The notes under the pieces were generated by a model. That model saw only the letters and a program-made list of their open reading frames with translations. It did no database searches and had not been told where the DNA came from. A stretch of 58,986 nucleotides of DNA, the filler included, from Thelocarpon superellum (taxonomy: Eukaryota), in NCBI GenBank assembly GCA_026025795.1. It is 2 parts of 2 records of this genome, joined end to end, with 100 filler letters (N's around TTAATTAATTAA, not from the genome) between each part and the next. Parts side by side here need not be neighbours in the genome. Positions count along the whole stretch, not along the records: positions 1 to 29,460 come from JAPEUG010000221.1; 1 more part is not named here. One strand, written 5' to 3'. Made by a program: the position numbers and the translations under genes. The stretch's first letter is position 1. Every line of letters starts with the position of its first letter. Of this stretch, positions 12,101 through 25,315 are shown in pieces.

Positions 12101-13184
12101 CCGTGGGAACCTCATACTGAGCCTCGTTAGTTGCCTTGTTCCACGTGCGAAACGAAAGGAGCTCCATGGTGATTTCGAGGTCCAGTGAGGTCAGGGAAGA
12201 GGAGATGCGAAGTGAACCAGAGACCACGAGATGAGGGAGCAGAAAGGGAAACAGAGGAAGGTGAGAGATCAGATGAGGATTTTGTAGAAGAGGAAGGTAG
12301 GGTTGAAGAAGGAGAAGAGGAAGAAGAAGATGAAGATGAAGAAGAGAGAGAGGAAGAAGTGGAAGCCGGCAGATGGGTCTCGAAGAAGACCAGTTGAGTT
12401 GATCGCTAAAGCCGATCCGAGGATCTGCGCAAGGAAGGCTGGCGGGAGGTGTAGAAAGGAAGAAAGGAAAGGCCAGGAAGCTTGTGGAGAGGGTCTTTAT
12501 ACACCCTGGCTAGGGGTCTCGAGGCGCCAACACGGTAATGAACATCGAGGGAGGCCATAGGGCCGGCGATCGGCTGAAAGTGAATCTCTTGAAAACGAGA
12601 CTCAAGATGACACAAGTGTTTCCATGGAGTGTGTGACCGCGTGTTGTTATGTTATTGACGCGTCGATGTTAATGACATAACGTGAACGGGGGACATGGGG
12701 CGTTCATGATGGGGTTGACACAGACGAGAGAGCTCACCTGGTTATCCAAGTTGTAAGCCGCGGCAGGCAACTCGAGGCGCCGATTCAGATCAGCGACGCG
12801 CGGTGGATTGTGGTGCGCACCGGCTGTCTCGCGGCTCCCCAAAAGTTGTCCACGCTGCTCGGGTGGATCGTTGGGCGGGTATTGCGTCGGAGGATTTGCC
12901 GTCGGTGTGAAGGTCGCGGAAGATGACGCCGTTCCCGTAGACGCAGCGCCTCGACGATGATTCGAGTTTGGGGAAGACTGTCTATTGTTTTCTTCTGCCA
13001 ACGGACCGTTTGGGCCATCGCTGGCACGTTGGTCTTGTTGTTGCTGGTCCGAATCTAGCTGCAAGGCCTGTAGCGAACGGGTGGTGCTCTGAACGCCGCC
13101 GCTGCCTCCGCCGCGACCGCCCCGGCCGCCCCGACCGCCCGGGGTATATTCAGCTTTCTGCCGCCGCTTGGAGGCACCTACCAT
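9159..13184 (-). CDS. qde-2: Argonaute (QDE-2-like; PAZ-MID-PIWI) with N-terminal RGG extension
   Basis: Predicted exons 13184-12738, 12116-11991, 11912-11797, 11743-11304, 11232-9877, 9825-9415 and 9358-9159. Motifs FDGNKIAW, NADVSNGTF, PMECL, MKVNAKLGG, GADVSH, YFRDGVSEGQ, KRHHIRFF, QGTARPVHY, YYAHLAS, and the C-terminal MWFV*. Confidence 0.95.
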
Positions 13185-14676
13185 GACGTTGATCTTGATC
13201 TTGTTGCTGGGACTGGAAGGAGGTCTGAAAAGATTGAGTTGAGTCCAGATGTCGTCAGAATTGGATGGCGGACGCAGTTCCAGACAGGAAAGTGTGGAGA
13301 CGGTTCGTCGGAAGATCGGAGTTGCTGAGAGGAACGGAGGGGTTTTATACTGCAGAGAGCACGGGGTTGACACCGGGTTGACATCTTGCGGTGAATCCCA
13401 AGGTGATTCAGCAAACGTCACAGGCAAGGTGTTGACCTGCACTCAGCCGTCACTGGCACCGACACCAAACATGGCCGGTGTAGGGTCTCTGCAAGATCCA
13501 ATTCACGCCCACGAGCGCCAAGAATCCTTGTCTGCCAGCATGATGACGATTCAGGAGAAACAAGGACGATGTTGAAGCCCGTCAAATGGAGCAGGTCGGA
13601 GAGACACGAGGCATTCGTGGATCTGACGGGCCAATGGCACTGAACATCGGAAAGTAGCAGAGCGTTGCACTCCGCCAAACGTCCCTCCGGGACTCTGCGG
13701 CATCACGGAGTGATGCAGGAGGCTTCACGCCAGAGCAAGACGACCATGCTTGAGTCATAAGCCGGGCCGTGGTTAGATATCTTCCCATCAACCGTGCATC
13801 GTCCTCTAGGTATGAGCGGTGACACGGGTGCCGGCAGCAGAGCCGACCATCTGTTCTGATCCCGGCGGAGCATCCTCACGGGACAGATCAGATCCGCCAA
13901 TGGATGCAAGATGATGGGGATGATGCCAACATTATTCCTTCCGAGAGGGAGTCCGCTGATGATGGGAGCCGCGGGGGGCGGTGCTCCGGAGCGAAGAGCG
14001 TCCATGCCAAACGGATGGCCGGGAGGGATTACTCGTGCCATCCAGGCAGCATTAGCGGGTCTGACGATGACTACAACGCCGAAACTCGGACGTGATCTCG
14101 GAGCAACAGCCTGCGTCGCCATCACCGTCGCTGGCTGCGCTGGCTGGCCCTGCCGCCGCGCCTACCTGCCTTAGTCATCCGCCCAGAGTGAACGGACCGG
14201 GTCCCGGTGGTGCAACTTTCATGGTTCCGGCACCCCAGTGTCATGTTCACTGACCCGCGATGATTAGGGCGATGGATAGCATCTCCGCTTGAGCAATGCA
14301 GACGTGCCATGGTCAAGTGGTTCAGATTCATTCCTGTCGCTCTTAGGGTACAATCTGCCCGAGCAATCCGCCCTGTCCCTTTGACTGTGCATCTGCGCAT
14401 TGGTACCTCTCTGCCAGCGCCCGCTCGCAAGACCCCCCGCCTGCCGACACCTAGGCAGATATGCAGTCCAGCCCCACCGTGCGAGCGTGGCGGATAACAA
14501 ATGAAACACATCGGAAGGAGCACTTCTCGCGAAGCCATCTGCCAGATCCTTTAAGACCGCAATCCCTGTTCTGTCTCCTACGTGCGAGCGGAAGGAAGAG
14601 GGAGCTGCCGGGGGAAGAAGATGTACAGAGGAAGCGGAGGGTCAATCAGCGAGATGGAGAGGGCCGTCGCCCATGG

Positions 14677-17600
14677 CTAGCGCGCATAGGCATATGAGCC
14701 TAAGAAGGCGTTAGTCGTGCAGACACGCTCAGGAAGTGCGGCAACGTACCGTTGTGCTGATTGTGGCCCATGCCGACCGAAGACGAGCGGAACTGGGCGG
14801 GGACGTGACTGGGGAGATTGGTGTCGCGTAGCAAGCGCACGATGCGCTCCGGATTGAACCGTGCGGTGGGAGGATAGGTCTCCGCTTTGGGAATGATGCT
14901 GAGGAGGAAGAGCAGCTCGCGGGGGAGTGTGGGCGCTGCAGGGTATGACGGCGGCCAGGAGCCCTGAGGGTGAGCTCCCGCATGGGGCCCGGAACCTTGC
15001 CCGGGGCCGACGTGCTGATGCCGCTTTTGCTGGTCCAACCGCCGTCCAGCGGCGCCTTTCAACGGCGACTCGCCGCGCGCCAACTTCCGCGGCCGGCCTG
15101 GGTCGTTGTCCGACTCGTCGGCGGGCGCCGCACGCTTGGGTGAATGCACTCCGTGCGCGTAGCGCGGCGCGGGCGAATTCGGAACCGACGTGGTCGGCTC
15201 GACGGAGGGAAAGGCCTTGGGTCGCGTCTGTGCCGCGGCCGAGATGATGGGCCGCACCGCCGTGGGATCGAATCCCTGCGCCGTGAAGCGATGGGCGAAT
15301 TGGGTCAAGGTGGGATCTTCCGGGAAGAGATCGCTCATGCGCTTCTCTAGCTTGCTGACCTGCGAGAGCTCGCCGTATTGGGCCTCGTATTCGTGGAAGA
15401 AGGCGTAGATGGGCTTCGCCTTGCGAAGCGTCTCCGGCCGCTGCGCCAGCTTGCTGACCGTCATCTCGAAGACGGCACGCGCGTTGGTCACGTCGTTGAC
15501 CGCGATCAGGTGCTTGAGGTATTCGAGCGCAAACGCATCGTCTTCGGGGAAGAGGCGCATCCCCCGTTCGAAGATCTTCGTGGCGGCGGGGTCCTTGTAG
15601 CAGTGGTACTCAATCATCGCGCTGGCCACGTACACATCGCTCGTCAGACGGCCCCGCTTCCGCGCGTCGGTGAAGATCTGTCGCGAGCCTCCCAGCGCGT
15701 CGCCCACCTTTCCTTTGCCCTGGATGCGACGCATGGCCCGCATCAGCGCAATCCAGGCAAAGGAGACGGTGCGAGAGAGCAGTCGCACGTGGACCGCTAC
15801 GCCGTCTTGCACGATCTTGATCTGCGCCTGTTTGGCTGCCTCCCACTCCTGCTTGCGCGAGTCAAGCTCGTCCTCGTCGTCTTCGTGACGGCTCACGGCC
15901 GCGCCGGGTGAGGAAGGTCGGCCAGGCGGATCCAACGCGTTGATGCGCGCCACGTCCAGCGCCTCGCGGGCCTTGGCCTTGGCGATCAGCTCATAGAGGG
16001 CATCGAGAAGCTTGTCGTACGGCTCTCGAACCGCGGCGCCACGACGCTTCAGGCCCTCGGGGCCCTCGTCCGCCGTCAGGCTCTGCTCGAGTCGGTCGGC
16101 GCGCTTGAAGGCGAGGAGGCAGCTCTCGGGGTTGGCGGCCATGCCCTGGGTTAGGAAGTCAGTGCCCTCCTGGTCGAGGCCGTGGCTGAAGCAGAAGTCC
16201 GACGCCTCGAACCACATTTCTGGCCAGAAGCGCAGCGCCATGACGGCCTGCTTGTAGACGTAGATGACGCGTGCCTTGTAGGCCGCCGGGTCCTCTTCCT
16301 TGAGCACCAGCGGGTCGTCCTTTTCCCACCGAATCCACTTTTTCCAGATCTCGACTTGCGCCAGATACTCCTCGTCTCCGTCGAAGCCCAAGGCCGGCGG
16401 GAGACGCGGGAGGGTGGTGCGATGGAGTCCGCGCGTCAGGTTGTCGAGCTCGATGTTGGAGCTGCGCGCGGTCATGTAGGCCGGCGACTTCTCCTGCAGG
16501 AACTTGCGACCCGTGATCTTGTTCAGGCCCATTTCGAAGGCGTCATACTCCTTCCACAATGCGTTCACCGCCGACGTCGGGACGCAGATGGCGCGTTGGT
16601 AGGTCTTGCGCAGGAGATCCATCTTCTGTTGGTCCTGCCAGCTGCTGCCGCCGATGAGCCCCGGGCCTGAGCGGATGAACTGTACATAGTCATGCCAGAT
16701 TCGACCCGAGTCCTTGTCGATGCCGACGTTCTGTAGCACGAAGTCGTACGCCTGCGACACCGTGGTCCGCGCCGTGCCCGCCGTGTCCGTCGTCAGATTG
16801 TTACGCCGTCGCACGTAATCCAGATAGAGTGACCACAGCGACACGTTGGGAATGGTGAGCAAGACCTTATTAAAGATCTGTTCGAGCCGGTAGAAGTCGT
16901 TCTGCGCCAGTTCCATGCTTGCGTACGCCATCCATTGGTCGGCCTGTCGTCGGGTCAGTGCATCCGTTTCATCGAGAATGCCAATGCGTGAGAGATGGGA
17001 GGTGGAGGTGGGAGGTGGGAGTGGGGCGGTGGGAGCTGAGTGATGGGCTTACCGCAGAGGGGAAGAGCTTGAAGAAGCGTTCATACGTCGCGCGGGCATC
17101 GTCCAACTTATTCCGCTTGCGGTGCTCGTCGATCAGGCTCAGCCAGGCGTCAAGGTCGCCGCGGGGATCATCCTTGATTCGGTCTTCCAGGATGCCGACC
17201 TTGTCGTGCGGGAGTCGGGCCTTCGATGCCACAGCCCGGGTCGGCGTTCCCGCCCCGCTCGATGCAGCCGAGGTGCTGGTTACGTTGGCCGAGGCGGCCG
17301 CAGGAGTGATGGCCGGGGCGGGCGCCTCGTGCGAGGACATTGTCTCGTGGGAAGAGGGAAAGAGGCCTGGGTGCGAAGGAGGATCCACGGTGCCTGGTGC
17401 AAGCGTATCCGCACCGGTTGGAGAAGTGACCTTTGGCATTGATACATCTTGAAGGGTAGTTTCTGAAGAAGCAGCTGGGGCAGGAACCTGGGAAGCAAGG
17501 CCCGCCACAGATGCAGACGAGGTGGAGAGCGGGGGATCCAGCCCGGTCGAGGTATCGTCTGCCCGTTGGCCCTCCGTGCCATTTACGCTTGGTCGTGCCG

Positions 17601-17973
17601 CGGCTTCTCCATCCGCGGTTGTTGGTTCGACGTTGAGCGGGGCGGTTGGGTCGGCGACGTGACTAACGCTCCGGGCGGTAGTGTCGGGGGCGGCTGCGGG
17701 AGTTGCAGGGTCGGATGCGGGTTGGAGAGTCTCGGATGGGGACGGGGTGTCGGCAGCCACGGCCAGAGCAGGCGTAAAAGGGTGGCCAGGATCATCTGCA
17801 TGGGTGGAGAGAGACGAGAGCTTGGGGTCTTGGACATGATTTCTATCTTCTGTAGCAAAAGATCTGCTCTGATCTGTGTCCCCAGATCCTTCCCTCGCCC
17901 CCTGGTCTCCCGTGACCTCCTCCTCTCCTCGTAACGAGGTGAGAAATGCAGTCTCGGCGTCCACGTCGGCCAT
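14677..17973 (-). CDS. RNA14: mRNA 3'-end processing factor Rna14 (CstF-77, HAT repeats)
   Basis: Exons 17973-17053, 16943-14750 and 14699-14677. Motifs KARLPHDKVGILEDRIKDDPRGD, LW..YLDYVRR, KKWIRWEKDDPL and IFERGMRLFP. Confidence 0.93.
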
Positions 17974-18775
17974 GGTGACGCTCCCTGACTTCTGCCGCTT
18001 CCAAGCACCGGCGCTCGGCGACGCGACGGATGTCGCGCGCAAGGAAGCCCCACGAGCCACGAGGGCGGACGACCAGGTCACGATCGGTGGAGAGCGGAGA
18101 CTTACCCGAGGTGAGCAACAGGCCGATCGGCCGACTAACGAGATGCAAAGGCCATGGAGGAGAAAATGGTCCAGACCTGTGAGCAGCAACTGACACTAGG
18201 CGAGATGATGGATGAGAAGGAGAGGTGGAGTGGAAAGTGGAGGTCAGATGGAATAATGAAGAAGGCTGGGAAGTGATGAGCAAGATAGAGGACAAGAAGG
18301 CGTTCGGCAGGTTGCGGACATCAACTCTTTGTTCGCAGGAGTATGTTCATTGGCGAGATTTCAGCCGCTTGGCCAGTCACGTGTGACTATCCCAGTCACT
18401 ACTTGCGGGCCCTAACTGATTACGTAAGATAGCCGAAGCGCGACCTTTGCGTGGCCAACGCGATCAGCAGAAGCCGGCCTACTTGTCCGCGGTAAAGTGG
18501 AACACGAACAGGCGCCACGGCGCGTCTCCTAAGCTGGCGCCGTCCGATAACAACCTCCCCAAACAACCACCCGTGCTGTCCCGGTCAGTCTTGATTAAAG
18601 CGATTGTGCTGCAGCCTGCAACGTGACGCTCGTGACGCTTGCGATCTCACAGCTTTTTGAAGATCTCTTCTTGCTCGCCCGAAGATCACGCCGGCTCCTT
18701 GAGCTACCACCGTTCATAACCCTTTCCTCACTCACTACTCCCTCACTTCTCACACCACACCACGGCACCGTCGCC

Positions 18776-19862
18776 ATGTCTGTGGTTTCGTTGATGGACG
18801 TGAAAGTCCTGAACAACCCTGCGCCCTTTACCTCCCCATACGAATTTGAGATTACGTTTGAGTGCTTGGAGCAGCTCCAGAAAGGTATGAGCCTCGGTCT
18901 GCTGAAGGACGGACACACGCTGAGCCCGGGCGGCAGATCTCGAGTGGAAGTTGACCTACGTTGGCTCTGCCACATCGTGAGTCCACCGCGCAAGAGTTTC
19001 GCGCATGTGACGGTGTTGGGAACCCAGCTCACCATAATGTGCGCGGCAGCTCCGAACATGACCAAGAGCTAGACTCGCTGCTGGTCGGGCCGATCCCGGT
19101 TGGCGTTAACAAGTTCATCTTCGAAGCTGACCCGCCCGACCTCAAGCGCATTCCGACCTCCGACATTCTCGGTGTCACCGTCATCCTCCTGACCTGCAGC
19201 TACGATGGGAGAGAGTTCGTGCGTGCGGGATACTATGTCAACAACGAGTACGATAGCGACGACCTCAATGCTGAGCCGCCCGCGAAACCCATCGTCGCCC
19301 GCGTCCGACGCAATATCCTGGCCGCCAAGCCTCGTGTGACGCGGTTCAACATCAAATGGTGCGCCTGCACTGCCTATCATCCCATCCGCCGCGGTACCGA
19401 CGGGCCCAGCTGACTGCTACCAGGGACTCGGAAGAATCGGCTCCCGCCGAGTTTCCGCCGGAACAGCCCGAGGCCGACCTGGTCGAGGACGACGGCACGG
19501 CCTACGGCGCCGAGGAGGAAGACGAGGAGGAGGAAGTGCTGGAAGAGGTTGAAGCCGAGGCAGCCGAGGGCGACAAGGCTGTCGGTGAGGATGCCGTAAT
19601 GGCGGGCGCCGACGACACCGCTGGCCCGTCGAGCGCTGCCCCGGCCAAGGCCGACGACGAGAACTCCGAGGCCGGCAGTGAAGATCTCGAGGCCGAGAGC
19701 AGCGGCAGCGAGGAGGAAGAGATTGAGGAAGAGGAAGAGGAGGGGGATGGCGACGAGGATATGGAGATGGGCGACGACGGAGCCGATCGGCCTGCCAACG
19801 GAGCGACCGAGGAGGGCCAAGCCTTGGCCCAGGACCACAAGGAAGCGGTCATGGCCCTCTGA
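18776..19862 (+). CDS. ASF1: Histone chaperone Asf1
   Basis: Exons 18776-18884, 18937-18976, 19050-19358 and 19424-19862 give [62 protein letters not shown]...[14 protein letters not shown] plus an acidic tail. Confidence 0.97.
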
Positions 19863-20315
19863 GCTGCGATGAAAATGCGGCTTGTTCATACCGTCCACTT
19901 CCCTCGTCCTTCAGCGTGTTGAGCGTTTGTGGAAGCCCTGCTGCCTTTGGGCTCCCGACGCGAAGCCTCCCTACCTTGACGCCCCACAATCGTATTGGCA
20001 CTCTCATGACGAGCGACTACATTTACGAGGACCATGGAATACTTGGCCCGGTGACCTTGACCGTAGGTACTTCGTAGAAGAGGAGATCGACTACCTCTCC
20101 GTCGGTCCCTGACCCTGGAGCCGGGTGGTGGGAAGGCGTAGTGGGGCCGGTCGGCAAGCACCGGCCGCCGCCCCTCCACGACCGATCTGTGTCGTCGCCC
20201 AACAGCGATGACACCAGCTCATTCCTGCGCTGCTCCGCCCAGCGTATGATGCGTGCCACCTTGGACCTACTGCTCGCTCCTCATCCTCGCCTTGCTTCAC
20301 TCAGCTCCTGCCGTC

Positions 20316-23300
20316 ATGGCCAACTTTCTTCGCGGGAAGCAGAGTGGCATCCCGAATGACCTCTCCGCCGGCATCATTCCCGAACTCTTCGCCCTAGACG
20401 ATGTACGTCTCGGCCTCACGTTAGATTCCTCCGAGGACCAAGCTGACCCAACGTGCTTTAGATCGCTCGCTATGGCGTCAACTCGCAGATCAGCGCCATG
20501 GCCTACGATCCCGTGCAGTCGCTCCTGGCCGTAGGCACGAACGAGTCTCGATTTGGTCCAGGCCAGATCTACGTCTTCGGCCAGAAGAGGGTCAGCGTCA
20601 CCCTCAATCTTCCCCGCCGGGCCTCGGTCAAGGACATTCGCTTCTGTGCCGAGAAGCTCGTGAGCCTGGACTCCAAGAATGACATCGCCGTCTTCTCGCT
20701 CGAGTCGAAACGACTGTTGACAAGCTATGCTCCGCCGGGCCTGGTCACCGTCTTGCTGACGGACCCGACGTTGGACTGGGCCTTCCTGGGCCTACAGAAT
20801 GGTTGGCTTGCCCTCCGCTACAGATCCGGACAGGATGACATTCGAGACTGATGAATGCCAGGCACCATTGTCATCTATGACCTGGATCGAGAGAGCTTGG
20901 CCCCATGTAGACTCCCCAACTTCTGGCGAGACCAGAACCCCCGCGCACGAGCAAATACCATCGTCACGCTCGCCTTACACCCGCGAGATATCGGCACGTT
21001 GCTCATTGGCTATCCCGACGGAGCCGTCATCTACAGCTTCAAGCAAGGAAAGCCCACCAAGTTCTTGCAGTATGAGGTGCCGCGGGGGGCACCTGGGGGC
21101 GACTCGGATCCCGGCGCGGCCAACACCGTTCGCCATCCCAAGCTCACCCACGCACTTTGGCACCCGTCCGGCACATTTATCTTGACGGGGCATGATGACT
21201 CCAGCCTCGTCTTTTGGGACCCCCGGACGGGCAAGGTGATCACGGCGCGAACGCTACAGGATACGCAGGTCAACATGCCAGGAGCCGGGAAAGCCAGCTT
21301 CGGCTCAACACCAGGCACGTACTCGCTGAAAGAGCCCTTCTCCCGCATCGCATGGTGTGCCAAGCAAAACCCTGAGGACACGGGCATCTTGGTGGCGGGT
21401 GGCTCGCCCACGACCCTACCCGACAAGGGTCTGACCTTTCTAGACCTGGGCGTCACGCCCAACTATGCTACTTCCTCGTGGCAGGTCCTCTCCGCCTATT
21501 TCGAATCGCCCAAGCGACAGCACCGACTCTTGACCCCGCCACAAGCCGACGTCGTGGATTTTTGCCTCATTGCGCGCGCCTCGCCTCACTACGCCGGTGC
21601 CCATGACCCCATCGCCGTTGTGGCGCTGCTCTCGTCGGGGGAGGTGACGAGCCTGAGCTTTCCGAGCGGACATGCCATCTCTCCCACGAACCAATTACAT
21701 GTGTCGCTCTCCTTTGTTCATCCCTTTGTCAATCAAATTGCCCTGTCACATGTGCAGCGGACGCGGTGGCTCGGCATGGTCGAGAATCGTCGACGAGGCC
21801 CGGATTTCCTGATGGGCGGCGCGGGGATGACGCATCCTTTGAGGCGATTCGCAAAACGCAACGTGGTGCAGACCGCCCACGCGGACGGAACTATCCGCGT
21901 CTGGGACCTGGGACATGGTGACGAGATTGAGAATGCCGCTGTCGTGCAAGTGGACGTGGCACGGGCGCTCGATCGAATGGACGATACGGAGGTGACGTCG
22001 ATGTCGATGGCGGGTGCTACGGGCGAGCTAGCTGTGGGGATGGTGTCGGGCGATGTCGTCATCTTCCGCTGGATGGGCAACCCGCACTTCGGCCGCGAGC
22101 CTCTCGTTGGGGTTGGAGAGCCGCTCGGAGGCCTGACGGACATCTCGGATCGAGCGGACCCGGCATTGAAGGAGGGTCTCCTGCCGTTGACCCTGCTCGG
22201 TCCACAACAGGGCTACATCACCGCCTTGTCCATGAGTGATGTTGGCTTCACGGCGGTGGGCTATAGCGATGGGACTGTCATAATCATCGACCTGCGTGGC
22301 CCCGCCATCATCTCCCGGAGCAGGGTGAACGAGGTTGCCAAGCCAAACAAGCGGGGGAGTATTCGGCGGAGCAACAGCCAGGCCCAGGCGACGACCGAGA
22401 GTCCGACAGTTCTTGAGTTTGGGGTGATGAGCTTGGAGACAGATGGTGCGTGATTCGACACCGGCAGAAAGCATGGCGGCATTGACTAAGAACCTCAGAC
22501 TATTCCAGCATCTTGCTCTTCGTCGGCACCGATCACGGCCGTGTGCTGACGATGAAACTCTTACCGAAAGGAGGTGGGGGCTACACGGTACAAGTTGCGG
22601 GAGTGAACGCGGCGGATGGTGCTGTCTTGGCCATTTCGCCCGTCAACGTGGAGAATGGCGCTGCGGCGGATGCGAATCCGATGGCCGTCGCAAATCTACG
22701 GAAGGGTCTCAAGGTGAATGGGGTGATCCTCGTCACAACGAAGGCGGGCGCCATGATTTTCCGGCCACCGTCGGCCAAGGGCGCGCAAAAGATCTGGGAC
22801 AGCTTGATGTGTTTGTCCGCCGCGGTGGTGGAGGAGGTGGAGGGTCGCGGCACCGTGCTGGTAGGTATCTTTGGGGACGGCTCGGCGCGCGCCTTTTCCG
22901 TCCCGGGTCTCCGCGAGATCAGTCGGGCGCCAATCAATAAGATCCTCGATGTCGCCCGGCTGTCAGAAGCCATCATCACCAGCTCTGGTGATGTGGTTGG
23001 CTGGACGGGACCGTCCGAGATTGCCTTGCTCAGCGTCTGGGGGACCGGCCAAACTCTGTGAGTGACACCGGTACCAGTTGCGCCCGCGGTGGCTGATGAA
23101 TGCACAGGCCGAAATCAAGCGACAAGATGTTCAACCCAGCTGCCGTGATCCCTCCGCGTCCGACCATCTCCAACATGGAATGGATATCGGGCACGCAATT
23201 CGTGTCGCCCAGTGATCTGGACGTCTTGAGTAAGCTTCATGCACCCTCCTCGCGACGCAGAGAAGTGGCTTATGATCCACTGCAGTTGGTGGACCGGACC

Positions 23301-23660
23301 GACCCATGTCACGACGCATGATCGAGCAGAGTCGAGCGGACGAGCAGCAACAACGACGTGATGAGCGTTCGGCCGGTCGACCATCCGTCTCGCGCTCTGG
23401 ATCATCGACTACCACCCCACAGGACGAGTCGTACTGGGGCTACATGCAGCGACAGCTGAACGAGCGGACCGAGAAGCTCAATCTCGTGGGCGACTCGATG
23501 GATCAACTGCAGGAGAATAGTGCGGGCTGGGCCAACGACGTCACTAAATATGTCAACCAGCAGAAGCGGAAGATGGTGATGGGTGGTATGTCTCTTCCTT
23601 CCACTCTGGCGTGCCTGACACTGACGATAGCCAGCCGTCCAAAGTAAGTTTGGTCTGTAA
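20316..23660 (+). CDS. SRO7: Lethal giant larvae/tomosyn-like exocytosis protein (Sro7/Sro77)
   Basis: Multi-exon. Motifs MAYDPVQSLLAVGT, WD-like repeats, HADGTIRVWD and ISGTQFVSP.DLD.L, and a C-terminal SNARE-like coil (QLNERTEKLNLVGDSMDQLQENSAGWANDV). Ends AVQSKFGL* at 23660. Confidence 0.9.
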
Positions 23661-24249
23661 GCTAGGCTGAGACGCACGGTGAAGGTCGACGGTAGTGCAC
23701 TGGCGTGCTCCCAAGTCTAGGAAAGAGACTTGTACCATTTTCGGGGCCACTCAGGCATTCGGAGGGGGACTCCCGATGCTAGAGGTCTCCTTCCACAACT
23801 TATCAGCATGTGTGAAGACTAGACGGACACCCTAGAGGCAGGGCTGCCTGGGTCTCGCAGGTTCCTGTTAGAGCCACACCGGTAACAAATGCACCTCAGC
23901 TCATCGCTGAGCACCGGAGGCTCGGCAGGAAAGCACAGCACAGGGAACGACGTGCACGGGGACAAACAGGGGACAAACAGGAGTAGATCAACATAACAGT
24001 ATACCATGGACCACGTTCTCTATCGACGGGTGCTCCCTACAGCACAGCACAAAACGTCCATCTACGGGTCTCGTCTTACATGCAACATGGCTCAAGTTCA
24101 TCACCGACAAGGTCTCTGCACCACGCAGCACGTACACTGTCTATCCAGGCTCACCCGACCCATCCTCCGCCTAGCGGTCTATCTACGGCGACTGCCCCCC
24201 GGCTATGCTCCCGCAAAGAAAGAACGCAGGCGTCCGCCCGCCCGCCGGC

Positions 24250-24525
24250 CTAGTAGAGGCCACGCTCCCGCGCAATCATGAGATGGTCCACCACCTTCTC
24301 CTGCTGCTCGAGCGTCGCGGGGCCCCACAGTTCTTCGTACTCGGCCACGCTCGCCGCAATCTTCTCGTGAATCTCGTCATGCGCGGCCCGCCGCAGTTCG
24401 ACCCACCGCGCCTCGTAGCCGCGCACACGCACGTGCCTATCTACCGGCGGGACCCGCGCCCGCGCCCGTGCCCGACTTCGGGCACGTATGGAGGTGGCGG
24501 TAGCCTGGGGGTTGCCTGGATACAT
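24250..24525 (-). CDS. Hypothetical 91-aa ORF whose ATG overlaps the upstream stop (TGATG)
   Basis: MYPGNPQ...YEARWVELRRAAHDEIHEKIAASVAEYEELWGP...; looks like an amphipathic helical protein. No family recognised. Confidence 0.3.
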   Translation of the reverse strand: MYPGNPQATATSIRARSRARARARVPPVDRHVRVRGYEARWVELRRAAHDEIHEKIAASVAEYEELWGPATLEQQEKVVDHLMIARERGLY

Positions 24526-24905
24526 CAAGACGTCGCTAGATTAGCTTCTGTACGATACTCACACGGGGGACGGGGGCGGAGGTGCAGGTGGAGGAGGCTA
24601 GACTCACCGTTGTAGAGAGGGTAAGTTGAGGCGGCGCGCTCCCGCTCGATCGCGGCGAAATCCATGCCCGTGGGGGGCTTCGCTTTTCCTTGTAGGATGA
24701 GCGCCATCTTGAGGGCGTCCAGGCCCATGGCGTAGGACTCGTTTTGGACCGATGTGGATGCGATGAGGTCGGCGAGGGGGGAGATGACGTAGTACAGAAA
24801 GGCGCATTTGGCGCAGCTGTAGGGTCGGGGGATGAAATGGGGCTCGTCGGCGGGTGTCGTGAGGTCCAGGAAGTAGTTGAAGGCGCTCGTCAGTTTATCG
24901 GACAT
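24525..24905 (-). CDS. Hypothetical small protein with CxxC (about 102 aa after splicing)
   Basis: CACCATG start context after a C/A-rich leader; probable intron 24607-24536 (GTGAGT..GCTAAT..TAG). No family recognised. Confidence 0.45.
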   Translation of the reverse strand: MSDKLTSAFNYFLDLTTPADEPHFIPRPYSCAKCAFLYYVISPLADLIASTSVQNESYAMGLDALKMALILQGKAKPPTGMDFAAIERERAASTYPLYNGESSLLHLHLRPRPPCEYRTEANLATS

Positions 24906-25315
24906 GGTGCTTGTGGGGTTGGGGGGTTCGTCGAGTGGCTATGTGCGTGGTTGTGTGCGTAGTCGTGGGTGGGGTGGGAGATGAAGATGGAGCGGGGAGA
25001 TGAAGTTTCGATGGACGAGATGGAGTAGAGATGTGGGATTTGTGGGACATCGTCGTGGGACTATACGCTCCTAGCCCTGCTGCCATCGTCTGGTGAACGG
25101 CGCCGACGGCTGTGACTGCCGTTGTGTGTCTTGTCCGTCGCCGCGCGGTGCTCAGAACACGCATCATGAACATGTCTTACTAGTAGTAGAGACAGCGAAT
25201 TGTGTCATTTGATTTCTTGAGCCGGCGTCAGAACGGAACCGGTCACAGAAAAAAGGTTCACGGCAATCGCTGACGAGCTGTCAGTGGTTCGGGTAGGAGG
25301 ATGCCGTTTCATTCA

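Noticed and set aside
13420..14670. Short ORFs between Argonaute and RNA14
   Set aside because: No coherent spliced model or known motif; consistent with the RNA14 3' UTR and the Argonaute promoter.
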